64,000 nt of DNA from assembly GCA_963816035.1 (NCBI GenBank), contig CAWFIU010000001.1, positions 1,954,742-2,018,741 on the forward strand, written 5' to 3'. Shown here piece by piece: positions 43,634-53,485 of the stretch. Position numbers and translations under genes: made by a program. Below the pieces are notes generated by a model. That model worked only from the letters and a program-made list of their open reading frames with translations, did no database searches and had not been told where the DNA came from. The stretch comes from an uncultured beta proteobacterium (lineage in GTDB: Bacteria > Pseudomonadota > Gammaproteobacteria > Burkholderiales > Usitatibacteraceae). Every line of letters starts with the position of its first letter. Within the stretch, counting starts at the first letter, position 1.

Positions 43634-44878
43634 TCACTGCGGCTTCTTCTCGTCCATCGGCATCGCGACGATGAAGAGGTTCGCCACGACGATGGTGAAG
43701 GCGAGGAACCAGAAGGTCGCCGTGAGTCCGTAGCGGTCGGCGATGATCCCGCCCAGCAGCGGCGCCACGGAAGAGCCCAGCGCCTGCGCGCCGAAGAGGA
43801 TCCCGATGCTGGTGCCGCCCATGTTCTTCGGCGTGGTCTCCAGCAGCCACGCCTGCATCACCGGACGGATCGCGTAGAGGAAGAAGCCCAGCACGGCGAT
43901 GAACGCGATGAACGCCTGGGTCTTGCCGGCGACCGCCATGAACACCAGCACCACGGCCGTCATCGCCATGCTCGTCATCATGATGCTGCGACGGCCCATG
44001 CGATCCGAGAGATGGCCCGCCACGGGCGAGGCCGCGAAGCCCGCGGCCTGCAGCGCGAACATGCCCGCGCCGACCCAGAACGGCGGGTAGTGCATCTCGT
44101 AGGCGAGGTAGACCGGCAGGAACGTGAGCAACGCGTTCTGCGTCATCGAGCGGAAGGCCGAGCTCGCGGTGAGCACGATCAGGCCGCGGTTGCGGAAGAG
44201 CGCCGGCACGCCGCGGAAATAATCGCCGAGGGTTTGCACGCGGCCCTCCTCCTCGGCCTTGTGCCTCGGCTTCGCCTTGGAGCCCAGGCGCAGCGTGCCG
44301 AGGAAGACGAGGAGCAGGCCCGACATGATCATGCCGGGAATGACGTTGATGACCACCACCTGCCGCCACGAGAGCACCGCGAGGAGCGAGCCCACGGCGA
44401 TCGGCGCGAGGGCATCTCCCACGTTGCCGCCCATGCCGTGCAGCGAGAGCACGAGCCCCTTGCGCTCCGGGAAGCGGCGCGCGAGCGTCGGGATCGCCGT
44501 CGGATGCCAGAGGCTGTTGCCGAATCCCACGAGCGCGACGCACCCGAGGAGCATGAGGTAGCCGTGGCTGAAGCCCATGAGCAGGTACGGGAAGCCCACC
44601 CAGAAGAGCGAGAGGGCCATGAGCAGGCCCTTGCGCCCCACGGTGTCCACGAGGATCCCGCCCGGCACGTTGGCCACCGCGCCGGCCACGTACTGGCAGG
44701 TCATGACGAGGCCGATCTGGCTGTACGACAGGCCCAGCTCCTTGCCGATGATGGGCAGCAGCAGGTAGAAGGTCGAGGGATACCAGTGCGTGAGGGCGTG
44801 GCCGAAGGTGATGAGCCACATCTCGCGGTAGGAGCCGTGGGGGGCCTTGCCGGATGCGGGAAGCGCAGTGGCGTTCAT
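43634..44878 (-). CDS. MFS transporter (Fsr-like)
   Basis: GILVDTVGRK and GHLSDRMGRR motifs, GNSLWHP, HGMGGNVG, multiple hydrophobic segments. Confidence 0.9.
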   Translation of the reverse strand: MNATALPASGKAPHGSYREMWLITFGHALTHWYPSTFYLLLPIIGKELGLSYSQIGLVMTCQYVAGAVANVPGGILVDTVGRKGLLMALSLFWVGFPYLLMGFSHGYLMLLGCVALVGFGNSLWHPTAIPTLARRFPERKGLVLSLHGMGGNVGDALAPIAVGSLLAVLSWRQVVVINVIPGMIMSGLLLVFLGTLRLGSKAKPRHKAEEEGRVQTLGDYFRGVPALFRNRGLIVLTASSAFRSMTQNALLTFLPVYLAYEMHYPPFWVGAGMFALQAAGFAASPVAGHLSDRMGRRSIMMTSMAMTAVVLVFMAVAGKTQAFIAFIAVLGFFLYAIRPVMQAWLLETTPKNMGGTSIGILFGAQALGSSVAPLLGGIIADRYGLTATFWFLAFTIVVANLFIVAMPMDEKKPQ

Positions 44879-44900
44879 GGGTTCCTTGTTTCGGGCGCCG

Positions 44901-45941
44901 TCATTTCACGGCGCGCCGCACCACGATCTCGTCGAACAGTCTGCTCCATTTCTGCGATTCGTCGAGAGAGCGGATGGGATCGGTCTGGACGATCTTCACG
45001 CCCTTCAGCGGCGAGGCCACCTTCGTGTTGGTCGGCACGTAGTCGATGCTGGTCATCGCCTTCTGGCCGTCGGGGCCGAGGAGGTACTCGTAGAAGAGGA
45101 GCGCGGCGTTCGGATGCGGCGCCTGGCGCGCCACGCCCACCGCGTTCGAGCGTGCGATGGCCGGCGGGATCACGATCCAGTCGATCGGCGCGCCCTTGCG
45201 CCTGGCCTGCTCGGGCATGTAGTTGTACACGGTGAGCGCGAGCGGCACCTCGCCCGAGACCACCATGTTGTCGAGCAGCGTGTGGCCCTTGCGCACCGAG
45301 ATGCCGTTCTTCGCCACGAGCTCGCGGAAGAAGTCGAGGCCCTTCGGCTCGCCGCCCAGCTCCTGGACCACGGTCGCGAACCAGTCGTCGTCCTTGGCCT
45401 CGATGCCGAGCTTGCCCTTCCACTTCGGATCGAGGAGGTCGCGCCAGGTCTTCGGCAGGTCGTCCTTCTTCACGACCGTCGTGTTGTACGCCTGGACCCA
45501 CACGGACAGGATGGTCGCCGCCCATTCGCGGTGCTTCGGGACCGAGCCCGCGAGCAGGTCGGCATGCACGGGCGACGAAACCGGGGCGAGGACCTTCTCG
45601 CGCGCGAGGGCCTCCATCTCGGGCGAGCCGAAGTGCACCGCGTCCACGTCGTGGCGTCCCGCGCGCGCCTCCTGGATCGTGCGCTGGAGCACCTTGTCGG
45701 TGCCGGCACGCCAGACGTTCACCTTCACGCCGTACTTGTCCTCGAACGGCTTGATGATCGCCGGCAGGTCCTTCTCGGCGATCGTGGTGTAGAGCGTGAG
45801 CGTGCCTTCCTTCTTCGCCGCCGCGACGATCTTCTCCATCCGGTCGGCGCCCTGGTAATCGAAGAGGTTCGGCTGCGCGGCGGCGGGGGCCAGCGCGCAC
45901 GCCGCGGCGATGAAGGCGAGCCGCCTGAGAATGGCTTTCAT
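44901..45941 (-). CDS. ABC extracellular solute-binding protein (AfuA/FbpA-like), paralog 1
   Basis: Signal peptide; AAKKEGTLTLYT, LPKTWRDLLDPKWKGK, APHPNAALLFYEY. Confidence 0.88.
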   Translation of the reverse strand: MKAILRRLAFIAAACALAPAAAQPNLFDYQGADRMEKIVAAAKKEGTLTLYTTIAEKDLPAIIKPFEDKYGVKVNVWRAGTDKVLQRTIQEARAGRHDVDAVHFGSPEMEALAREKVLAPVSSPVHADLLAGSVPKHREWAATILSVWVQAYNTTVVKKDDLPKTWRDLLDPKWKGKLGIEAKDDDWFATVVQELGGEPKGLDFFRELVAKNGISVRKGHTLLDNMVVSGEVPLALTVYNYMPEQARRKGAPIDWIVIPPAIARSNAVGVARQAPHPNAALLFYEYLLGPDGQKAMTSIDYVPTNTKVASPLKGVKIVQTDPIRSLDESQKWSRLFDEIVVRRAVK

Positions 45942-45944
45942 GGC

Positions 45945-46499
45945 TCAGTCCGGATGGTTGAAGTCTTCCTCGAAGTTGCGCGGCACGAACCCGCGGCCCT
46001 CGGGCGTGGGCTCGGTGGGGCGCGGGATCACGGACTTCTGGAACAGCAGGTTCATGAACATCACCATGGGCTTGGGCTTCAGCACGAGGGCGCGCGCGGG
46101 CTTCACCGGGTCCGCGTTGAAGTGCTGGTGCACGCAGTTCATGTGCACGATGGCCACGTCGCCGGCGCTCCAGTCGTAGCGGATGCCGTCGTGCACCTCG
46201 TAGCCCTTGCCGTCGAGGATGTAGAAGGCGGCCTCGTTCACGTGCCCGTGCTTCTGGGTGCGCCCGCCGGGGCCGTATTCCTCGAGGTGGATGTGCAGCA
46301 CCTGCGTGAGCCCGTCCACCGGCTCGATGAAGTGCTTGCTGAACGATTGCGGCCCGTCGTTGAAGAGGAGGTCGCGGCCCTTGATGACGCGCGGCATGGC
46401 GCGCAGCCGCTGCAGCTCCTCCTTCAGGCTGTACTGGCCCTGGATGCCTCTGACGAAGACCCGGTCCTTCTTGCTGCTGTAGTGCGATTCCTTGCCCAC
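45945..46499 (-). CDS. cupin protein (second copy of the 52006..52637 cupin)
   Basis: PGGRTQKHGHVNEAAFYILDGKG..WSAGDVAIVHMNCVHQHFN. Confidence 0.88.
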   Translation of the reverse strand: MGKESHYSSKKDRVFVRGIQGQYSLKEELQRLRAMPRVIKGRDLLFNDGPQSFSKHFIEPVDGLTQVLHIHLEEYGPGGRTQKHGHVNEAAFYILDGKGYEVHDGIRYDWSAGDVAIVHMNCVHQHFNADPVKPARALVLKPKPMVMFMNLLFQKSVIPRPTEPTPEGRGFVPRNFEEDFNHPD

Positions 46500-46509
46500 G
46501 GCGCCTCCG

Positions 46510-47566
46510 TCACTTGCTCTTGCCGGCGAAGAGCTCCGAATAGAGCTTCACCCATTTCTCGTACTGGTCGAGCTGCACGCGCACGTCGACGAACCGCATC
46601 GGGATCTTCGCGAGCGGCGTGTCCACCTTGCGGCTGGTGGGCACGAAGTCGCGCTTGGCGAGGATCTGCTGCCCCTCGGGGCTGATCTCGAAGTCGTAGA
46701 AGAGGACCGCCGCGTGCGGATGCGGCGCCTTCTTCGCCACCGCGATGCCGTTGGGACGGGCGATCGCCGGGCCGATCGAGAACCAGTCGATCGGCGCGCC
46801 CTGCTGCTTGAACTGTTCGGCCTTGTAGTTGTAGACCGTGAGCGCGAGCGGGATCTCGCCCGAGACCACGAGCTGCGCGAGGAGCGTGTGCCCCTTGCGC
46901 ACCGAGATGCCGTTGGCGTTCACGATGTCCTTGAACAGCTTGATCGCCTTCTCCTCCCCCAGCACGCCCGCCTCGCCCGCGAGCCAGTCGGAATCCTCCT
47001 GCTCGATGCCGAGCTTGCCCTTCCACTTCGGGTTGGCGAGGTCCTCCCAGGTCTTCGGCAGATCCTCCTTCTTCACGGCGTTCGTGTTGTAGGCCTGCAC
47101 GAAGACGTTCAGGCGCGTGCCGGTCCACTCGCGGTGCGGGAGGACGGCCTCGGGAATGAGATCGGCGAGGTACGGCGACTTCATCGCCTGCACGATCTTC
47201 TCGCGGTGCATGGACTCGAGCTCCGGCCCGTTGGTCTCGGCGACGTCCATCGTGAAGCGGTTGCCGCGCGCTTCCTGCACCGCGCGCTGCAGCACCTTCT
47301 CGCTGCTCGCACGCCACATCTCACCTTGATGCCCGGGTACTTCTTCTCGAAGGCGCCGACCACGGCGCCCATGTCCTTCGCCTGGGCCGAGGTGTAGATC
47401 GTGAGCGCGCCTTCCTTCTTCGCGCCCTCGATGGAGCTTCTGCTCGCGGTCCGGCTTGTCGTAGGCGGCCACGTCGGCGACGGTGGCCCCGACCTGCGCC
47501 CACGACGGGCGCGGCGAATGCCGCCAGGAAGGCGGCGGCGAGGATGGCTCGGCGATGCGGTTTCAT
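46510..47566 (-). CDS. ABC solute-binding protein, paralog 2 (frameshifted)
   Basis: MKPHRRAILAAAFL; GAKKEGALTIYT; LPKTWEDLANPKWKGK; APHPHAAVLFYDF. Confidence 0.85.
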
Positions 47567-48672
47567 TTCTTCTCCTTTCGTGGGCTTCTGCCCCTTGAGG
47601 AACAGGTCCGACCACAGCTTCTCCCACTTCGCATCCTCGTCGAGGGTGATCACCGGGATCGATCATGTGGAACGGGAAGTTGTTGAGCTTCGTGTCCACC
47701 TCGAGGCTCGAGGGCACGCGGTTGCGCTTCTTGATGAGCTCCTGGCCTTCGGGCGACAGCATGAAGTCCGCGAACACCAGGGCGGCGTGCGGATGCGGCG
47801 CGTGGCTTGCGACGCCGATGGCGTTGGGACGGCCGAACGTGGGGTCGAGCGCCTTCCACTCCACGGGCGCGCCCTTCACCTTCAGCCGCTCGACGTTGTG
47901 GTTGTAGATGTCGGCGATCAACGGGATCTCGCCCGAGGCCAGCAGCTCGGCCATGAGCGTGTGCCCGCTGCGCACCTGCGGGCTTATGGCCGCGAGCGCG
48001 CGGAAGAAGGCGATGCCCTTCTCCTCGCCCATGTACTTCACCATGGCGCCGAACCAGTCGACGTCGCCGTCCTCGAGGCCCACGCGGCCCGCCCAGACGC
48101 CGATCGAGCAGGTCGGTGTACGAGCGCGGCACCTCGTCCGGCTTCACGAGGTTCGTGTTGTAGCCGATGGTGAAGAAGTTGAAGCGGTCGGCGACGTAAT
48201 GGCGATGCTTCGGGAACGCGGCCGGGCGGAAGGTCCTTGAAATGCGGGCTGTGGAACTCGTCGAGGAGCTGCTCGCGGTAGAGCGCCTCCATCTCGGGGC
48301 CGTTGGTCTCGAAGATGTCCGGGCGAGTAGCGCCCGGCGCGCGCCTCGGTGACGCCGCGCTGCAGAACCTTCTCGCTGCTCGCGCGCCACAGCTCCACCT
48401 TGAGCCCGGTGCGCTTCTCGAAGGCCTCGGTGATCGGCACCGAGTCCTTGAGGTTGAGCGACGTGTACATGACCACCTGTGCCCTGCTTCTTCGCCTCGG
48501 CGAGCAGCCGCGCCTCGCGGTCGGGGCCGCGGTACATGTAGACCGTCTTGTTGGGCGAATCGGTCCCGCCGCGCTGGGCGCGGGCGAGCAGGGGAAGCAT
48601 CAGGCTCGCCAGTGCCGCGCGATGGAACGCCCGGCGCCCCGGGCGGGGCGCGTCCTCGGCGAAATCCTTCAT
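47563..48672 (-). CDS. ABC solute-binding protein, paralog 3 (frameshifted, possible Tat signal)
   Basis: GRRAFHRAALASL; YTSLNLKD; WRASSEKVLQR; APHPHAALVFADF. Confidence 0.82.
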
Positions 48673-48712
48673 CGCGTCTCTCTCCTCACAAGGGCCCTCT
48701 GGCGGGGCCTGG

Positions 48713-48742
48713 AAAAAAGACGGGCGCCTCAAGCGCCCGCCG
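48713..48742 (-). terminator. intrinsic terminator downstream of the porin
   Basis: GGCGGGCGC-TTGAG-GCGCCCGTC followed by TTTTTT on the minus strand. Confidence 0.75.
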
Positions 48743-48798
48743 AATCGGCCTTACTCCCTGGCGCCCCGGTCGGGAGCGCCGTACGACTTCGGACGACA

Positions 48799-50004
48799 TC
48801 AGAACGAATGGTTGATGCCCGCCGCCCACTGCGTGATGTCCTCGCCCACCGACGGGGCTTGCTGGCCCTCGTTGTTGTAGCGGGCGGAAAAACCGTTCTT
48901 CAGGAGCGCGCCCATGACGAAGATGTAGGTGCGCGGCGAGAAGTAGTACGCGAAGCCGGCCTGGAGCTGCGAGCCGTCGAGGCCGTCGGTGGTGCACACC
49001 GCGTTCACGCGCGAGCAGCTGCCCTTCTCGGCCTTGATGTACTCGAGCTGCGTGCGCCAGGCGCGCGACCAGCGCGCGCTCCAGATCAGCTCGTAGGCGT
49101 TGTTCTTGTACGACTGGAAGCGGCCCGTGACCGTGGGGTTTTCGTCGTACTTCTTCTGGATGTAGTCGGCCTCGAAGGTGTGCGGGCCCCACTTGTACTG
49201 GACCATGCCTTGCCAGGCCTTGTCCTGGGAGCGCACGTTCTGGTCGGTGAAGTTCGACATGGCGCTCGGCGCGTTGCGCGAGCCGCCGAAGAGGTCCCAG
49301 TGCTCCTCGTAGGCGAGCGAGACCTTGAAGCCGCCGCCGGCCCATTCGCCCGCTGTGGACCACACGTGCGGGTGGCGCGTGGGCGTATCCGTCTCGTCCG
49401 TCGAGTACTGGACCGCGGCGTTGAACCCGGCGATGTGCGGCGACTCGTATTGCACCGCGTTCTGGCGACGCAGGTGGAAGCTCGAGGCGGAGCTGGTGCC
49501 GAAGCCGGTCTTGCGCAGCACGTTGCTGCTGGAGACGAAGTTGCCGCTCGACACGCCGAGGAAGGAGAGCTGGTCGCCGTACTTCTTGAACGGCGTATCC
49601 ATGCGGCCCAGCTTCACCGTGCCCCACTGGCGCCCCGCGAGGCCGACGAAGGAGTCGCGCTGCGCGAAGGTGGAGTCGTTGGAGTCGACGTGGAACTCGG
49701 TCTCGAGCTGGAAGATCGCCTTCAGGTCGCGGCCCAGCTTCTCCTGGCCGCGCACGCCGAAGCGCGAGTTGCTCGATTCCATCTCGGTGCGCCGGATGAT
49801 GCTGGTCGCGCCGGTCGGCTTGCCCGCGAGCGTGCTGACCGTGGCGGTGGCGTCGGTGGCGCCCGAGCCGTGCGGGACGAGGATCTCCGGGTAGACCTTG
49901 CCGTACAACTCGACCACGTTGGCGTCCCAATCGGCGTCCTTGGCCGCGCTCACGCCGGGAACCAGGACCGCCGCCACAGCCATCACCAGGATCTTCTTGC
50001 GCAT
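48799..50004 (-). CDS. Gram-negative general porin (betaproteobacterial type)
   Basis: Signal peptide, VELYGKV, SNSRFGVRGQEKLG..AIFQLE, RDSFVGL..WGTVKLGR, YYFSPRT, C-terminal GINHSF. Confidence 0.92.
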   Translation of the reverse strand: MRKKILVMAVAAVLVPGVSAAKDADWDANVVELYGKVYPEILVPHGSGATDATATVSTLAGKPTGATSIIRRTEMESSNSRFGVRGQEKLGRDLKAIFQLETEFHVDSNDSTFAQRDSFVGLAGRQWGTVKLGRMDTPFKKYGDQLSFLGVSSGNFVSSSNVLRKTGFGTSSASSFHLRRQNAVQYESPHIAGFNAAVQYSTDETDTPTRHPHVWSTAGEWAGGGFKVSLAYEEHWDLFGGSRNAPSAMSNFTDQNVRSQDKAWQGMVQYKWGPHTFEADYIQKKYDENPTVTGRFQSYKNNAYELIWSARWSRAWRTQLEYIKAEKGSCSRVNAVCTTDGLDGSQLQAGFAYYFSPRTYIFVMGALLKNGFSARYNNEGQQAPSVGEDITQWAAGINHSF

Positions 50005-50041
50005 CGTTTTCTCTCCGCCTTATGTGTTGTTTTCCTGGACT

Positions 50042-50119
50042 GTTCCTCTATGAGGAACGACCATTGCTAAAGTGGAACGAGCTGCGAAAAAGAGTATCGG
50101 CAAGCCCCCGCTTCGTCAA
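50042..50119 (-). promoter_or_regulatory. sigma70-type promoter (TTGACG-N17-TACTCT) with perfect palindromic operator GTTCCTC-N3-GAGGAAC
   Basis: -35 at 50119-50114, -10 at 50096-50091, operator at 50042-50058, degenerate copy at 50062-50078. Confidence 0.68.
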
Positions 50120-50155
50120 GGAAAAAGCCGCGCGATTCGTCAAAAACGCAACACT

Positions 50156-51296
50156 TCAGGCCACCGCCGGGACCTTCGGCGGCAACTCGGCGAGCTCGGC
50201 CTTGTAGGCCTCCTCCATCCGCGACCTGAGGCCGTGCTTGGCGAGGGCGTCGGCGAACATCTGGCGCACCTCCGGCGACTCGTCGGCGTAGTCGATCTGG
50301 TCGCCGCCCAGGCGCTTGCTGATCCACGCCTTGGGCACCCCCTGGGCGTTGCGGATGGCGACACCTTCCTGCTTGAAGGCGAGGTAGCGCGCCGGCGTGG
50401 TGCCGGTGTTGAAGTGCTGGTGGAACCACATGTTGGGCGGGGTGATCAGCGTGCCCTCGCGCCATTCGTAGCGCCTCGGCTTCTCGCCCTCGGGCCACAT
50501 GAGGCTGAAGCCCTCCCCGCTCATCACGATCACGTAGGCGCCCGGGCCGTGGGCGTGGGCCTTCTTGTAGGTGCCCACCGGGAACTGCGAGATGTGGCTG
50601 TTCATCGAGCCCTTGGCCATGTTGAAGCGGATGTGCCCCCCGCCCGCGCCCCGCTCCTTCGCCGCGATGAGCGGCAGGTTCACCGCGTCGGCGACGAAGT
50701 TGGTGTCGAGCAGCAGGCCCTTCTGCTCGCCCTTGTTGGCGAAGTAGTCGGGCTCGCCGCTGAAGCGGTCCTTGAAGTCGTGCTTCGTGCCGAACACGAA
50801 GTCGAGGTCGCCGAACGCGTTGATGATCGCCGGCGCGTTGGTGACGGAGACGAAGCGCGCGGCCTCCTTGCCCGACGTATTGAAGTGCCGGTGCATGGTG
50901 TTGAGCGGGATCGCGAAGATCGCGCCCGCCTTCCACTCGAACGTGATGCGCGCGCCGGCGTCGTTCCACACCGTGGTCGAGCCGCGGCCGTCGAGCACGT
51001 ACACCATCTCCTCGAAGAGCTGGCGCTGCGGGGCGAGCTCGCCGCCGGGCGGGATCTCGCAGACGTAGGCGTCGTTGGAGGTGCGCGAGGCGTCGTGGTT
51101 GAGGAACACGCCCTTGCCGCCGCGCCGCGGCCAGGGCTTGAGCTCGATCGCGTGCAGGTTCGGCTGGTAGATCGCGCTCTGGATCGTCCAGCCCCTCGGA
51201 CTTCACCCAGCGCGTGTACGGCGTCTCCTTCTCGGTGGCGAACTTCTTCGCCATCTCCTCGGAGACCATCGCCGACTTCAGTTCTTCTCCAGCCAT
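50156..51296 (-). CDS. bicupin protein (indels near 51180)
   Basis: N-domain EIPPGG..QRQLFEEMVYVLDGRG..PLNTMHRHFN; C-domain FPVGTYKKAHAHGPG..PPNMWFHQHFN. Confidence 0.85.
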
Positions 51297-51317
51297 CGTA
51301 TCGCTTCCCTTTCGATC

Positions 51318-51371
51318 GTCGTCCCCGCGAAGGCGGGGACCCACATGGATTCCCGCCTGCGCGGGAATGAC
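51318..51371. repeat. inverted REP doublet (REPIN-like)
   Basis: GTCGTCCCCGCGAAGGCGGGGACCCA-CA-TGGATTCCCGCCTGCGCGGGAATGAC. Confidence 0.82.
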
Positions 51372-51373
51372 GT

Positions 51374-51991
51374 TCAAGCCGTGACCTTGAACTTGCCCGT
51401 GAGGAACTCCTCCACGAGCTCCGGCGTGACCTTCACGCCCGGCGCGGTACTCCGGCGCGTCCTCGATCTGCTCGAGGTCGTTCAGGCCCGCGTGCTTGAA
51501 GATGCGGTTCACCGCGGAGATGAGGCGCACCGGGCTGCTCCGGATCGGCGTTGAAGTGCTGGCTCGATGGTGTTGGGCGGGATGTAGATCACGTCGCCCG
51601 CTTCCCACTCGTAGCGCTTCACGTCCTTCTGCGGCGTCCAGTGGTACGTGTCGGTGATCTCCACGTCGTAGTCCTGGTGCAGGTCGTAGCCGCGGCCCTC
51701 GAGCACGTAGAGGCATTCCTCGGCGAGCTGGCGGTGCTTGCCCGGGCTGCTGCCCGGCGGAATGATCAGCATGTACGCGTCCACCGTCTCCATGCGCGTG
51801 TTCATGCCCTCGTTGATGAGGTGCTTGAGCAGGCCGTGGCGCGAGAGCTCCCACGGCATGTCCTCCGGATGCACGATCTTCCTGCGCTTGGCGTTGCGCG
51901 CGGGCGCGGCCGCCGCATCGTCGAGCAGCGCCTGGTACAGCGCCTGGTTCGCCGTGCCCTTCTTCCAGGATTTCGATTCACCCCATGCCAT
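51374..51991 (-). CDS. cupin protein (frameshifted)
   Basis: IVHPEDMPWE..GLLKHL; IIPPGSSPGKHRQLAEECLYVLEGRG..WEAGDVIYIPPNT..HFN. Confidence 0.82.
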
Positions 51992-52005
51992 GGTCTCGCT
52001 CCATC

Positions 52006-52637
52006 TCACTTCGGCGTCGTGGTTGTAGTCGGTCTCCGCCTCGCGCGCGCGGAAGCGGCGGCCTCGGCTCCGGCGGCGGGCTCCGCTCGGACGCGGCTCG
52101 ACCTGCTTCTGGAACAGCATGTTCATGAACATGTACATCGGCTTGGTCTTGATCACGAGCGCCCGCGCGGGCTTCGTCGGGCTCGCGTTGAAGTGCTGGT
52201 GCACGCAGTTGTTGTGCACGATCGCGACGTCGCCCGCCTTCCAGTCGTAGCGGATGCCGTCGTGGACCTCGTAGCCCTCGCCGTCGAGGATGTAGAACGC
52301 GGCCTCGTTCACGTGGCCGTGCTTCTGCGATCGGCCGCCCGGGCCGTATTCCTCGAGGTGGAGGTGGAAGGTCTGCGTGATGCCGTCCTTGGGCTCGACG
52401 TAATGGCGGCTGTAGGTCTGCGGGCCCGTCGCGGAACTTGATGTCCCTGGCGCGCTTGCGCACCCGCGGCATCGCGCGCAGCCGGGCGAGCTCCTCCTTC
52501 AGGCTGTACTGGCCCTGGATGCCGCGCACGAAGATGCGGTCCTTCTTGCTGTGGTAGTGGGACTCGTTGGGCCGGCCGCCTCGGTGGGTGGCGATAGTCC
52601 GCCTGGGCGGGTGTTCTATCACGGGCTCTGTGTCCAT
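52006..52637 (-). CDS. cupin protein (frameshifted, ends approximate)
   Basis: SKKDRIFVRGIQGQYSLKEEL; KHGHVNEAAFYILDGEG..WKAGDVAIVHNNCVHQHFN. Confidence 0.82.
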
Positions 52638-52662
52638 GGCTGACCTCCGGCGGGAATCGCGG

Positions 52663-53485
52663 CTAGATGCCGTATCCTCGAGTTTGAAACGCTTGGGTTT
52701 GAGCAGCGGCAGATCTCCCGGTTCAGTCCCGCCTGCGGCAGCGCGATGCCCGGCTCGGCGGCCATCGGCCTGGACGATCTCCATGTCGTCCTCCGCCCAC
52801 GCCATGGTGTTCGCGCGCCAGTTGCGGAGCACGTAATTGTCCGCGCTCGAACTTCAGCGCCTCGCGCAGCCGCTCCGCGTCCATGCCGTAGCGCTGCGCG
52901 AGCGCCAGCGCCTCGTGGTCGGCGATGAGGCAGGACCACATCACCAGGTTGTTCGCGGCCTTGGCGACCTGCGCGGTGCCGGCCGGGCCGGTGTTCACGA
53001 TGTCGGCGAGAAGGACGCAGGACGGGCTTCAGGCGCTCCACCACGGCCGCGTCGCCGCCGACGAACGAGAGCAGCGTGCCCGCGTCGGCCGCCTTGCCGC
53101 CGCGGCACACCGTCGAGTCGAGCACGATGCACGCCGCGCTTCGGCCCCCGCCTGCGCGAGCTCCACCATGGTCTTCGGGTGCACGGTGGCCAGGATCGCG
53201 ACGATGGTTCCGGCCGGCGCCCGTGCGAGCCCCGCGCGGCCCGAGCAGCTCGCGCAGCTCGCGGTCGTAGCCCACGCAGACGAGGACGCCTCGCTCGAGG
53301 CGGCGAGCGCCGCCGCAATCGGGCTGCCAGCGCGCCTGCGCGCTTCTCACGCCGGCTTTCTTGCCCGCGTCGATGTCGTGCACCGACACGTCGAATCCGC
53401 GCTTCGCCACGTGGCCGATCATCGGCATGCCCCATGCGGCCGGCGCCGATGAAACCCAACTTTGCGGATGGGATGGGTGCGTCAT
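52663..53485 (-). CDS. NAD(P)-dependent beta-hydroxyacid dehydrogenase family protein (frameshifted)
   Basis: GFIGAGRMG, LDSTVCRGG..GTL, GTAQVAKAANN. Confidence 0.8.
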
